Below, in pieces: positions 42,438-52,581 of a stretch of 64,000 nucleotides of DNA. A model generated the notes under the pieces. The model made no database searches. It saw only the letters and a program-made list of their open reading frames with translations, and was not told the origin of the DNA. Position 1 is the stretch's first letter, and each line of letters opens with the position of its first letter. Source of the DNA: an uncultured Desulfatitalea sp. (GTDB taxonomy: Bacteria > Desulfobacterota > Desulfobacteria > Desulfobacterales > Desulfosarcinaceae); assembly GCA_963668675.2 (NCBI GenBank), contig CAXXMB010000001.1:1088001-1152000 (forward strand). The letters are read 5' to 3'. A program made the position numbers and the translations under genes.

Positions 42438-43919
42438 CTATTTTGCTATCAGTAGATGCGCCTTTTCGATACGCTCAACGACACGCGCTTTCCCCAGACA
42501 GAGCAAGACATCGATGAATTCTGGCCCCACCGCCTGACCGGTTATGGCGGTGCGAACCGCATTGATCAGCTTTCCGGGTTTGAGCTGCTGCTTCGCCAAA
42601 AAATCCCGGAGCATGCGTTCGACACCCTGCGCATCATATGGATCCAGTTCGGTTAACTCTTCAATGAGAAGCGGCATCCAATCGCCAACCGCCGCATCTC
42701 CCTTAAGATGCTTGGCCACGGCCTTGGGATCCATTTCATATTGATCTGAGAAGTAAGGTCGGCCATATGTCACAACGTCGGTCAACAGGTGAAACCGTCC
42801 ACGAATCAGATCGATGGTGTCCAAAAACCATTCACGCCGCTCCGATTCGAAGTCCGTATTCCAGAGATGCGCTCTCAGGAGCTTCTCTTTTACAAAAGGC
42901 AGCAACGCATCGAGAGGCATGGTCCGCAGATAGTGTGAATTGATATTGATCAGTTTGGGATCGGTAAAAAATTTGGGATCATTTGGCTGAATATTGAATA
43001 CCGAATTGGTACGACCGATACCCTCCAGTGAGAATGCATCGATCAGCTCGCTCTCGTTGAACAACTCCTTCGAATCGGGAGTGGCCCATCCGAGCAACAC
43101 CAGGAAGTTGACCATGGCCCAGGGCAAAAACCCATTTTCCCTGTAATATTCTATGGAGACATGGCTGCCGTGCTTGCGTTTCGAAATTTTGGCTTTCTGC
43201 GGATCCAGGGTCAACGACATATGGGCGAATTCGGGTATGGGGGCACCCAACCCTTTGTAGATCAAAATTTGCTTCGGCGTATTGGCCAACCCGTCCTGCC
43301 CTCGGATGACGTGGGTGATGCCATCACGGATATCGTCCACACTGTTGGCCAGCACATAGAGGGGCTGTCCATTGGTGCGCACCAGTACAAAATCTTCTAT
43401 ATCACTGTATCTTTTATCAATACGCCCATAGACCCTGTCGGAAAAGGAGACTGCCCCATCCTCCGAAGGCACTTTATAGCGGATTACAAAAGGAATCCCT
43501 GCGGTCTCCTTGGCCTTGATCTCTTCAGCGGATAGCCTTCGGCATGTGCCGTCGTATTGGTAGGTCCGCTTCTCCTTTTGGGCGCTGGCCCGCTTTTCGT
43601 CCAACTCCTCCTTACTGCAAAAACATTTGTACGCATGTCCGCTTTCGACAAGCTCGCGGACGGCAGCCAGATGGTCGTCGGTATGACGACTCTGGAAATC
43701 GGGCCCCCTATCCCACTTCAGGCCCAGCCAGAGAAGGCTCTCTAAAATCCCTTGAACAGTGGCCTCGTTCGAACGCTCCGCATCGGTATCTTCAATACGC
43801 AACATAAACGTGCCACCGTGCTTGCGGGCATATAGCCAATTGAAAATGGCTGTGCGGGCGCCACCGATATGAAGATATCCGGTGGGGCTGGGGGCAAACC
43901 TGACGACGACATTGTCCAT
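42438..43919 (-). CDS. gltX: Glutamate--tRNA ligase
   Basis: RFAPSPTGYLHIGG, RIEDTD, HVIRG, KISKR; AGGAG SD before MDNVV. Confidence 0.95.
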   Translation of the reverse strand: MDNVVVRFAPSPTGYLHIGGARTAIFNWLYARKHGGTFMLRIEDTDAERSNEATVQGILESLLWLGLKWDRGPDFQSRHTDDHLAAVRELVESGHAYKCFCSKEELDEKRASAQKEKRTYQYDGTCRRLSAEEIKAKETAGIPFVIRYKVPSEDGAVSFSDRVYGRIDKRYSDIEDFVLVRTNGQPLYVLANSVDDIRDGITHVIRGQDGLANTPKQILIYKGLGAPIPEFAHMSLTLDPQKAKISKRKHGSHVSIEYYRENGFLPWAMVNFLVLLGWATPDSKELFNESELIDAFSLEGIGRTNSVFNIQPNDPKFFTDPKLININSHYLRTMPLDALLPFVKEKLLRAHLWNTDFESERREWFLDTIDLIRGRFHLLTDVVTYGRPYFSDQYEMDPKAVAKHLKGDAAVGDWMPLLIEELTELDPYDAQGVERMLRDFLAKQQLKPGKLINAVRTAITGQAVGPEFIDVLLCLGKARVVERIEKAHLLIAK

Positions 43920-44107
43920 CTTTATGCTCCTTGAACAGAATTTCAGCAAGTACCATGACTGTTGTAGCGATTCGTATCGTATGTCGGCAGCTTGCCAAGC
44001 CTTGAAAACAGCGATATGAATCAGATTCCGGTTGTGGTCGGCACTGTTTCCGGCATCTTTATGGTCAACCCTTGAAACAAGGATCTGCTACCACCATTTT
44101 GACTGAA

Positions 44108-44947
44108 ATGAAACCCACGCCATATGAACTGACCATCTCCCCACCCCATCACGCTACCGCCTGTGATGTGCTGGCCGCCCACACGAGATTGTCAAAAACC
44201 CGCATCAAACAGGCGATGAACAAGGGTGCCGTCTGGTACCAGCGCCCCAAAACCAAACTGCGCAGATTGCGAAAGGCAACCGCAACCGTTAAGCCGGGCG
44301 ACCGACTGTTACTCTATTACGATCCGGCCATTTTATCGCTGACCCCGACCGATGCCAGTTGCCAGCTTGATATGCAGCACTACAGCATTTGGCTCAAACC
44401 GGCCGGCTTGATGACCCAGGGCACCCGCTATGGAGACCACTGCGCACTCTCTCGTCAGGTTGAGCGCCATTTCCAGATGAAACGGGAGGCTCTTCTGGTT
44501 CATCGAATAGACCGGGAAGCTGCCGGACTGGTTATTATCGCCCATAGCCGCACGGCAGCGGCAAAACTGTCGGCAATGCTCAGGGAGAACCGTATTTCCA
44601 AGCGTTACGCAATCTGGGTCCTGGGGGATCTGACCGGGCATGCCACGGATGGCCGTATCGAATTCGATATAGATGACAAAAGGGCAGTTACCCACTACAA
44701 AACAGTGCGATATGACCGGGGTCGAAATCAGACCCTGGCCCATGTGCGGATCGGGACGGGGCGACTGCACCAGATTCGGCGGCACTTTGCACAGATCGGC
44801 TTCCCGGTCATGGGCGATCCGCGATATGGCTTGGGCAATAAATGTCCTGATGGGTTAAGGCTCGTCGCCTTCAGTATCGCCATGGATTGCCCATTCGGTA
44901 ATGGACGTATCGAAAAGACGATCGACATCGAGAGGTTTGAGACGTGA
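44108..44947 (+). CDS. RluA family pseudouridine synthase
   Basis: KPAGL, HRIDREAAG (catalytic Asp), TGRLHQIR, GDPRY. Confidence 0.9.
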   Translation: MKPTPYELTISPPHHATACDVLAAHTRLSKTRIKQAMNKGAVWYQRPKTKLRRLRKATATVKPGDRLLLYYDPAILSLTPTDASCQLDMQHYSIWLKPAGLMTQGTRYGDHCALSRQVERHFQMKREALLVHRIDREAAGLVIIAHSRTAAAKLSAMLRENRISKRYAIWVLGDLTGHATDGRIEFDIDDKRAVTHYKTVRYDRGRNQTLAHVRIGTGRLHQIRRHFAQIGFPVMGDPRYGLGNKCPDGLRLVAFSIAMDCPFGNGRIEKTIDIERFET

Positions 44948-46095
44948 GTCGTATTCCCTCCTTCGACATCGCCGTGGTGGGCGGCGGACCGGCGGGAACG
45001 ACCGCCGCATATCTGCTCGCCCGCAATGGTTTGGATGTCTGCCTGATCGAACAAAGGGTCTTTCCCCGCCCGAAACTGTGTGCCGGCCTGCTCACCTGGA
45101 AAACGGTCAAGCTGATCGAGACACTTTTCAAAACGGATGTCGGCGCACTTAAACGAGATGGGGTTATCCACCACGCCTGCCGAAAATACCGTATCCATTT
45201 CAAGTCATTGGAGATCGCCAGAGGTTCACTGGACGACCCTTTCCACTTTACCGATCGTCGCATCTACGATGCCTACTGGATGTCCAAGACCCATGCAGCC
45301 GGTGTATATGTTGATGCCCCCGCAAGGGTCATCCGGGTAGATCACGAAGCAGGAGTTGTTGACCTGTCTGATGGCCGACGGATAAAGGCACAGCTGATCA
45401 TTGGGGCTGACGGGATATGGAGCAGAGTGCGCAGGGCGCTTTTGGCAAACCAGCCGTCTCACCGCCAGTGGCGTTTCAATCTGGCCACCTGCATGGAAGC
45501 ACATCTGCCTTATGGTTCCGGTATATCGAGAACCCGGTTTGCCAATCTCTATTTTGGCCACGCACCATGGGGATACGCCTGGTCATTTCCAGGAGCCTGC
45601 TTCCAAACCGTGGGCATTTGCTCATTGACCCGCAGGCACCCCCACTCCATAAGGTCGGCCCTTGCGACGCTTGCCGAGCAGCTCCAGATCGATATGGAGC
45701 TCTTGAAGCACGCCCGAAGCTATCCCCTGCCCTATGGCAACTATATGTTGCGGCCGGCCGGCAAAAGAGCGCTTCTTACAGGGGATGCCTGCGGTCTGGC
45801 AGATCCACTCCTCGGCGAGGGGATCTACTATGCCCATCGAAGCGCACAAATAGCGGCCCGAACCATTGTCGACTGCGCGCCCCACTGGCAGGATGCCGCC
45901 GAGCATTACACCCGACAGCTAAATGCCATGGTCATCAAAGAGTTCAATTGGATCTACTTGATTCGCAACGCCCTTTTCGTTGGGGGCGCCCGCCGTCGCT
46001 ATCGGGGATTGAAGCTACTTATGAAACTGATGCCCAAAAGGCTTGAGGCAACGATACAAGGAAGACGTCCGTTCAGCCGCATCTGGAAGCCGTAG
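44944..46095 (+). CDS. Geranylgeranyl reductase family FAD-dependent oxidoreductase
   Basis: VVGGGPAG, PRPKLCAG, GADG, GYAWSFP, GDA.G..DPLLGEGI; 4-bp overlap with the upstream gene. Confidence 0.85.
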   Translation: MSRIPSFDIAVVGGGPAGTTAAYLLARNGLDVCLIEQRVFPRPKLCAGLLTWKTVKLIETLFKTDVGALKRDGVIHHACRKYRIHFKSLEIARGSLDDPFHFTDRRIYDAYWMSKTHAAGVYVDAPARVIRVDHEAGVVDLSDGRRIKAQLIIGADGIWSRVRRALLANQPSHRQWRFNLATCMEAHLPYGSGISRTRFANLYFGHAPWGYAWSFPGACFQTVGICSLTRRHPHSIRSALATLAEQLQIDMELLKHARSYPLPYGNYMLRPAGKRALLTGDACGLADPLLGEGIYYAHRSAQIAARTIVDCAPHWQDAAEHYTRQLNAMVIKEFNWIYLIRNALFVGGARRRYRGLKLLMKLMPKRLEATIQGRRPFSRIWKP

Positions 46096-46104
46096 CGTGC
46101 CCCT

Positions 46105-46830
46105 CTACAACCGAATTCCCATTGTCCGGAATTCCGATTCAATCAGTTCGCTCCAACCGGCATTGGCTTTGGGATTGGCAGGACTTGGATGTGCAATCTG
46201 CCCCACTCGCAGATCGATACCGTTCAATGCGCGCTCGGCCTGCATGGCTGCAAATTTTCCTATCCCGATGACTATGGTGGGCTTGAGCATGCCGACCATC
46301 TCGACCAACGCCTTGTCGCACGCCTCCAGAAGTGGTTTCCTCTCCTTAATTGGCAGCTTGTCCGGTGTGCGATTGCGACCGGAGGCCTCCATGAATGCCA
46401 ACGGGCAGTAGTTGGCCACCAAGAAGCGACTGAAAAAAGTTTCAGGCGTGACGAAGCGGCTGCGTGCCCATCCCCAGAGTCGCTGACCACTTACCTCCTT
46501 TCGGTTGGAGTCGAAGCCCATGATCGGCCTCTTGGGATGCTGTTTCACCGGTGCCGCCACCCCATCTTTGATATCCAGCCACTCGGTGACCAGCCCCACA
46601 TCTCCAAAAGGAACCCCTGTCTGCACCATACCCCATGGCCCGGGATTCATCCCCAGGAGCACAATCTCCTTGGTGCCGTTTCCATATCTGCGCCAATATT
46701 CCAAGTGAGCACCCTTTGCGTAGACGAGCGGATTGTACACGAATTCGACCGGAGATTTAAAGTGCAGGACATCGAGTCGATCTATAAGACGGTCGATGAT
46801 CTTTTCGATGGGATTTTCTTGGCGGGGCAT
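46105..46830 (-). CDS. SMUG1-like (family 3) uracil-DNA glycosylase
   Basis: YNPL.YA, GMNPGPWGM.QTGVPFG, EVSGQRLW, NYCPL, HPSPANP. Confidence 0.9.
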   Translation of the reverse strand: MPRQENPIEKIIDRLIDRLDVLHFKSPVEFVYNPLVYAKGAHLEYWRRYGNGTKEIVLLGMNPGPWGMVQTGVPFGDVGLVTEWLDIKDGVAAPVKQHPKRPIMGFDSNRKEVSGQRLWGWARSRFVTPETFFSRFLVANYCPLAFMEASGRNRTPDKLPIKERKPLLEACDKALVEMVGMLKPTIVIGIGKFAAMQAERALNGIDLRVGQIAHPSPANPKANAGWSELIESEFRTMGIRL

Positions 46831-47058
46831 AGGCGGTCTCTCTCGTAGTAAATATAATCTTAAGTTTAATCAGTAAGTTGGACCGACATTATCAGGTTTA
46901 GATAAAAGACACAACCTGATGCCGTCACCACTCAGCCGTTATATCGTATTTGTTTTTCGGCTAAACATTCCACCAGAGCTGACGATATTCAATTAGAATG
47001 GTGTTAGATAATACTTGGTTTATTTGTTAGACGCCAAATCATCTCATAGGAAAACGAT

Positions 47059-47367
47059 ATGTTTGCCAACAGTGAAAGAAACCGTAAGCCAAAAACCGTA
47101 AGCGAGGCGGCCGAACTGCTCATATCCGATCTGCTGATCCAGCATCTCAACACGTTATCCAAGATGACCGAACAGGAATTCAACAACCTGTGCGACCATG
47201 TTACCCCCTACCTGATCGACGAATTTAAGATCTGGCAAGGCAACGACGATCTTCTGGACTCCTGCTACCATTCCGATGACACACCTGATGAGGATCCGGC
47301 CCGTATCATACTGAATCGTGTAAGAGATATGTTAAATAATTTCAATGGTTTTTTAGTTATTACTTAA
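47059..47367 (+). CDS. Small hypothetical protein (DUF6794-like, tentative), homologous to the C-terminus of 50647..51468
   Basis: PKTVSEA...GNDDLLDSC...IIL...LVI matches the C-terminal domain of the SLOG protein. Confidence 0.75.
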   Translation: MFANSERNRKPKTVSEAAELLISDLLIQHLNTLSKMTEQEFNNLCDHVTPYLIDEFKIWQGNDDLLDSCYHSDDTPDEDPARIILNRVRDMLNNFNGFLVIT

Positions 47368-47422
47368 ATCTTTTTATAAACAACGGTATTGCTCCAGAAA
47401 AACCACATTCATTTTCACTGAA

Positions 47423-48250
47423 CTATCTCTGGCACACATTGCACAGATGCGTGCTGCGCTGCCCCACAATAATACGCTGCACGAGATGACCACAACGCGA
47501 ACAAGGTTGCCCGGTGCGGCGAAACACCTTCAATTGCTTTTCGTTGGCGCCGCGGGAGCTACCGAGTGAATAGAAATTTCCCTCCCCTCGCCCCAAAGTG
47601 GTCCCTCTGTTTTTCAACCCTCCTCTTAGAACACGCCGAATTGCGCGGTGCAATGCACGAATCTCTTCAGTCGACAATGTGTCTGAGCGTCGCAATGGAT
47701 GAATCCTCGCCGCCCACAACGCCTCGTCGACATAGATATTGCCCAACCCGGCGATAAAGTGCTGATCCAGAAGCAACGGCTTAATCTGACGCTTTCTTTT
47801 TAAGAGTGCAAGTACCAGTTTTTTTGAACTAAATCCACGTCCCAACGGTTCCGGTCCCAAAGCCCCCAAAAGGCGATCGGGATGATCGGTAAGATAGAAC
47901 CGGCCAAATTTACGTGTATCGTGGTAGCAAAGAACTCGGCCATCGCTCATCTCCAAAACGACCTGGAGATGGCGCATGGGCTTAACCGGGCCATTTGCAA
48001 TGATAAACCTGCCGGTCATCCGAAGGTGAACCGCCAGCACCCACCCATCGTTGAATTGGAAGACGATATACTTGCCGCGCCGGCGGACGGCCTGGATCTT
48101 TCTTCCCTCTATTTTTGCAGGAAAGTCGGCCACGGAGGGCGACGCGATGGTGGCCTCCCAGTATACCCTTGCCTTGCAGATTCGGCCTCCAACGATACAT
48201 GAAGCGTTCAGGTCGTTCACTATGGTCTGGACTTCGGGCAATTCAGGCAT
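47423..48250 (-). CDS. mutM: Formamidopyrimidine-DNA glycosylase
   Basis: N-terminal MPELPEV, RRGKY, HLRMTG, GLGNIY, C-terminal CxxC...CxxCQ zinc finger. Confidence 0.96.
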   Translation of the reverse strand: MPELPEVQTIVNDLNASCIVGGRICKARVYWEATIASPSVADFPAKIEGRKIQAVRRRGKYIVFQFNDGWVLAVHLRMTGRFIIANGPVKPMRHLQVVLEMSDGRVLCYHDTRKFGRFYLTDHPDRLLGALGPEPLGRGFSSKKLVLALLKRKRQIKPLLLDQHFIAGLGNIYVDEALWAARIHPLRRSDTLSTEEIRALHRAIRRVLRGGLKNRGTTLGRGEGNFYSLGSSRGANEKQLKVFRRTGQPCSRCGHLVQRIIVGQRSTHLCNVCQR

Positions 48251-48457
48251 TGCATATCTCTCCATTGCCTACAGATTTTCACTGTGGATGACGATTGAAA
48301 CCCGGCAGGCAGCGTAGGTAACATCATCGCCGGCCCATGTCGAGATGGGATTGGGGCCAGGCGTAAATGGGGCCTTCGGTTGCCATACAGATCGTCTTGT
48401 CTTGTCATAGCATGTGATTTTTGCAATGCTATAGCATTCCGTAAAAAGGGGGATCAG

Positions 48458-48679
48458 ATGCTTAGATGGTTGGATGCCACACCCTATGCCCTTCTTGTGA
48501 TAGTGGCTATAATGCTTCTGGTGGCGCCTGTAAGACCGATGCCCCATGTGGTCGAGAAGCTGCTCATGCTTAAAAATGGAAATCTTACCAAGCCGATTGA
48601 TATTTTTGATCTTTTATTCCATATATTTCCAACGGTGCTGCTTGTAATAAAGGCGGTGCGAGACACCCTCCGTCCATAG
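48458..48679 (+). CDS. Small two-TM membrane protein
   Basis: AP..PMPH..EKL..L..G.L.KP.DIFDL.FH pattern between two TM helices; purine-rich SD. Confidence 0.7.
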   Translation: MLRWLDATPYALLVIVAIMLLVAPVRPMPHVVEKLLMLKNGNLTKPIDIFDLLFHIFPTVLLVIKAVRDTLRP

Positions 48680-48730
48680 CATCTGAACGAGTGGCACAGG
48701 TACCCGATTAACAGTCGACAAGGGGGAAAA

Positions 48731-49162
48731 ATGAGTGACGCACGTTTTGAAAAAATTGGCCATACCAATCGATCACTATACGGGCCTCGCAAACTGTTGC
48801 TGTGCGGATTTCCAACAGCTGCTCAATCCAAATTCAAAACACTGCTCGGCATGTTGTCCCTGGAGAACCTCCCCCTGGTGTGGGCAAACGAAAATGATGG
48901 TGGAACAAAACTATGCGTGTTGATGGAGAGACCGGACGGAAGCGGTGAAGGAAGCGCCTCAGGTCTGCCGCGGGCCATCATCGTGGCGGGTATCGAAGAG
49001 AGCGAACTGCATCGCCTCATGTCGGGATGCCGCAAGGCCGGCATGCAAAAGTCGTTTTGGGCCACCTTAACCCCTACGTCGGAAACCTGGACACTTGATT
49101 CACTGCTCGAAGAGCTGGCCGCCGAAAACAGGGCCATGTCGCAGCAGAAACGGAAGAGATAG
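48731..49162 (+). CDS. Hypothetical protein (DUF3783-like, tentative)
   Basis: WATLTPTS..W....LL.EL..E C-terminal motif. Confidence 0.65.
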   Translation: MSDARFEKIGHTNRSLYGPRKLLLCGFPTAAQSKFKTLLGMLSLENLPLVWANENDGGTKLCVLMERPDGSGEGSASGLPRAIIVAGIEESELHRLMSGCRKAGMQKSFWATLTPTSETWTLDSLLEELAAENRAMSQQKRKR

Positions 49163-49247
49163 ACGCCGGCATACGGCAGCCATGGATTGCAGAGAGCAAC
49201 GAAATTCCATCTAAGGATCTGAATCCATGAGAATGAGACAGTCGCCC

Positions 49248-50570
49248 CTAACGCAACAGATTGAACATCAATCCGCTGACCACCTTGGGATAGAAGTAGG
49301 TCGATTTTCGTGGCATGATCAAACCGTTCTCGGCGACCCGCTGCACCTGTTCAATCCTGGTGGGATTCAAGATAAAGGCCAAGTCGGCCTCTCCCGCCCT
49401 GACGGCATCCACCGCACCTGAGGCGGTTGTCCGATAGGTGATCTTGGTCTCATCATCCAGCCTGGCCTGGTCAAAGCCCATTATCTCCATCATGATCAAT
49501 TGGGTCAGCACGGTGACATCCAGATCCCTCAGAGCAGGCGCTATTTTATCTCCAAAGAGGCGGGCCATCACCCCCTCCTTGAGCACCATCACCTGGAGTT
49601 TCGATTTCGCGCTTGAGAAGAAGCCGATGGCCTTGCGGTGAGCGTTCGCCGCTAAGGCGCGGTTGAATTCCGATAACCCCCCTTTCAACTCACCCTCCAC
49701 ATCAAACGGCAGAATATCGAAACACTCCTTATCGTTTCCCATCAGCCTGGACAGCTCCTCTTCCGAAACCTGTTTAAGCAATCGGTGGGCCGGCAACACA
49801 ACCATGCCGGGGTCCTCCATGCTGCTCAAACTCATCATGATAAAGTTGGCGGGATGATCGGCACTGTAGGATGGATCGTTCTCTTTTACCCACTCAAGGT
49901 AGTTCAAGGCCGTCTCGTAGCGGTGATGCCCATCGGCGATATAGATGATCTGTTTCCGGAAATAGGAGGACACCAGAGCGATCAAATCCTTGTCGGTAAT
50001 GGGCCAGAGCCGATGACGATGCCCCTTGTCGTCCATAAGGTCCACATCCGGCCTTTGGGCGGCTGCAAAAGCGTTGAGACGTGCCAGGTCATCATCACCA
50101 TCGGAATAGAGGCTGAAGATGGGGCTGAAGTTGGCGTGGCAATATTTCATCAGTTGGAGCCTCTCCGATTTGACTTTGGAGAAGGTGCGTTCGTGAGGCA
50201 GGACAACCCCTTTTTCAAACGGCTCCAATCGCACGCAGGCAATAATGCCCGAACGCGTATAGCGCTCCCCCTCCCATATAAAGGTCACGGTTGTCAGATA
50301 TATTGCAGGAGTATCGTCCTGGATCAGCACCTTATCTTCACGCCACTTATCGAAAAACCGCCCGGCGCGAACATGTACATTCTCCTTTTCGCCGTCATCG
50401 GACCGGATCTTTCCCAAAATCAGCCGGATGACGTTGTTTGGATGGCGTTGATGAAACCCATCTTGCTCATCGAGTGAAATCACATCATAGGGAGGTGCGA
50501 CAACATCTTCCATATTCTGAATCAAATCAGGATTGTACCGAACACCTTTGAATGGGACCACTTCAGCCAT
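49248..50570 (-). CDS. DUF1015 family protein
   Basis: PPYDVI, PHE.T, IADGHHRYETA, MPRKSTYFYPK. Confidence 0.9.
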   Translation of the reverse strand: MAEVVPFKGVRYNPDLIQNMEDVVAPPYDVISLDEQDGFHQRHPNNVIRLILGKIRSDDGEKENVHVRAGRFFDKWREDKVLIQDDTPAIYLTTVTFIWEGERYTRSGIIACVRLEPFEKGVVLPHERTFSKVKSERLQLMKYCHANFSPIFSLYSDGDDDLARLNAFAAAQRPDVDLMDDKGHRHRLWPITDKDLIALVSSYFRKQIIYIADGHHRYETALNYLEWVKENDPSYSADHPANFIMMSLSSMEDPGMVVLPAHRLLKQVSEEELSRLMGNDKECFDILPFDVEGELKGGLSEFNRALAANAHRKAIGFFSSAKSKLQVMVLKEGVMARLFGDKIAPALRDLDVTVLTQLIMMEIMGFDQARLDDETKITYRTTASGAVDAVRAGEADLAFILNPTRIEQVQRVAENGLIMPRKSTYFYPKVVSGLMFNLLR

Positions 50571-50646
50571 GTATCTCTCCTTGGAGCAACAAAATTTTGT
50601 GGGAAATATCAACAATCCCCAAACAAGTCAATTTAAGCGACATCTC

Positions 50647-51468
50647 TTACTTTATGACCCTCAGTTTATGGTTCCGGCGCAGCTCCTCCCAAAGGGACCT
50701 GAGAATGACGGCACACGCTTCGTCAGGAAGGGGGCGAACCAGGCCTGCATGCTCGGCACAAGCATCGAGCAGCGCCTGGTTGCCGGCATATAGGTCAAAG
50801 TGTTGCTTCATATATTCCCATAGGCCGGAGTGAAGGTGGTTCAATTCGTCCACCTGTAGATTGGCAAGTAGCGTTCGATCCTTGAGTGACAGTGCCTCTT
50901 TAAGTATCGTGACCGCCTCGGACACGGTGCGGGGGATAACCTTCTCCGGCCGTGTGCCAAGCCCCTGGGAGCCGCTCAGCATTGGCTGCGGCTCTGATTT
51001 GACGAATCCGAGATAGAGGGCGGTTTCCAGAAGTTTTCGGGCCTGCCCGTAGATTTGAGTATCCTCGCTGGAGAGGGAACCCGTCACATGAGCTGTCTGA
51101 ATATGTCGCTGCGACATCCAGGAGCTGGTTAACGAGGCTGCCTCAAACAGTGCGTATTGAGACAGGTCCACATGGAGGAGCTGACGTTCGAGCAATAGAG
51201 CGGTCTTTACGGCCTCTTTTGTCTGTGGCGTTCGTTCGCCTTTCGAAATAACGAGAGTGCCATCCGATTCGGACACATTTTTATGCAACGCCTCATGAAA
51301 TCCCAATGAAGATGTCTCGATCAGCTGATAGCTATCCGGGATGCGACCATCCTCATTGCGCCTCCCCCTCGAAGTCCATCCACCATGCGAGATTCCCAAC
51401 TTGATAGCAATATCCAAGGCCGCAAGCTCGACGCCTGTCTGACCTGCTGATACGATTTTCCGAATCAT
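50647..51468 (-). CDS. SLOG-superfamily ('putative molybdenum carrier'/cpYpsA-like) protein with C-terminal DUF6794-like domain
   Basis: KIVSAGQTGVE.AALD.A...HGGW...GR..EDG, NV..SDGTL. Confidence 0.78.
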   Translation of the reverse strand: MIRKIVSAGQTGVELAALDIAIKLGISHGGWTSRGRRNEDGRIPDSYQLIETSSLGFHEALHKNVSESDGTLVISKGERTPQTKEAVKTALLLERQLLHVDLSQYALFEAASLTSSWMSQRHIQTAHVTGSLSSEDTQIYGQARKLLETALYLGFVKSEPQPMLSGSQGLGTRPEKVIPRTVSEAVTILKEALSLKDRTLLANLQVDELNHLHSGLWEYMKQHFDLYAGNQALLDACAEHAGLVRPLPDEACAVILRSLWEELRRNHKLRVIK

Positions 51469-51660
51469 TCGACTAGCCCTTGCATAAAGAATTGATATCC
51501 ATATCCGGAATTGTGTGACCGGGCAAGCCTAAAACAGAACGACCGCATCGCTTCGACTTGACATCTTTCCAAGGTCCGTGCAATTTAGCTATCAATTTCC
51601 TTAATACCGTAGTGCAGAGAGCGCGATCGGTTTGATGGCAATCCATATAAAAAGCGTGAC

Positions 51661-52572
51661 ATGTTAGGCTCCAATAAAAAACAGCAAACCGTCCTATTCG
51701 CAGACATCGCCGGCAGCACGCGATTATACGACACCCTGGGTGATGAAAAGGCACGCGCTCTGGTCACCTACTGCCTGGAGAAGCTGACCGTCTTCATCAA
51801 AAAGAAAAAGGGTACACTGGTCAAAACAATTGGTGATGAGGCCATGAGCCGATTTGACGCTGCGGATCATGCCGCTTCGGCGGCGATTTACATGCAGGAG
51901 GGTTTTTCCGCCGATCCCCGGATCGCTTCGATACCGATACAGTTGCGCATCGGATTGCATCACGGCCCGGTCATCATCGATGATAAGGATGTGTATGGAG
52001 ATGCCGTGAACATTGCCGCCCGTATGGGGGATCAGGCCAAGGCGGGGCAGATCATCACCTCAGGAGAGACACTTAAGCTGCTTGAAGAGATTCATCAATC
52101 CTCTGCGAGACTCGTCGATCAGACCCGGGTTAAAGGCAAATGGAAGCCGATCGATATTTACGAACTCTCCTGGGGCCGGCCTGAAGAGTTGACCATGACG
52201 ACGACATTGGCAGGCCAGCAAGCCCGGGCGGAACATCTCCACAGCACAAGCATGGTACTGGCCTTCGAAGGAAAAGAGGTATCTGTCGATCAAGTCAGCC
52301 CGGTGGTTACCCTGGGACGAGATACGACCAACGGCGTTGTCGTCAACGACCCCAAGGTATCCAGGCTGCATGCGCGCATAGAGTTGCGCAAGGACAAATT
52401 CATCCTGATAGATCAAAGTACCAACGGCACCTTTGTCTTGAGGGAAGACGGCCAGATGGCGAATGTCAGGCGATACGAAATTCTCCTGCCTGAGGCAGGC
52501 GCTATCGGGTTGGGCCAAAAAACCACTTTTGACTCGCCCCTGGCCATTCGGTTCCAGATTGAAGATAAGTAA
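51661..52572 (+). CDS. Class III adenylate/guanylate cyclase with C-terminal FHA domain
   Basis: FADIAGST, KTIGD, GDAVNIAAR; FHA LGR...VSRLHA...STNGT. Confidence 0.9.
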   Translation: MLGSNKKQQTVLFADIAGSTRLYDTLGDEKARALVTYCLEKLTVFIKKKKGTLVKTIGDEAMSRFDAADHAASAAIYMQEGFSADPRIASIPIQLRIGLHHGPVIIDDKDVYGDAVNIAARMGDQAKAGQIITSGETLKLLEEIHQSSARLVDQTRVKGKWKPIDIYELSWGRPEELTMTTTLAGQQARAEHLHSTSMVLAFEGKEVSVDQVSPVVTLGRDTTNGVVVNDPKVSRLHARIELRKDKFILIDQSTNGTFVLREDGQMANVRRYEILLPEAGAIGLGQKTTFDSPLAIRFQIEDK

Positions 52573-52581
52573 GGGTATAAG

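Noticed and set aside
46891..46920. Inverted repeat ATCAGGTT-N14-AACCTGAT between the SMUG1-like gene and the small gene
   Set aside because: Possible operator, but a single 8-bp arm pair in AT-rich DNA can arise by chance.
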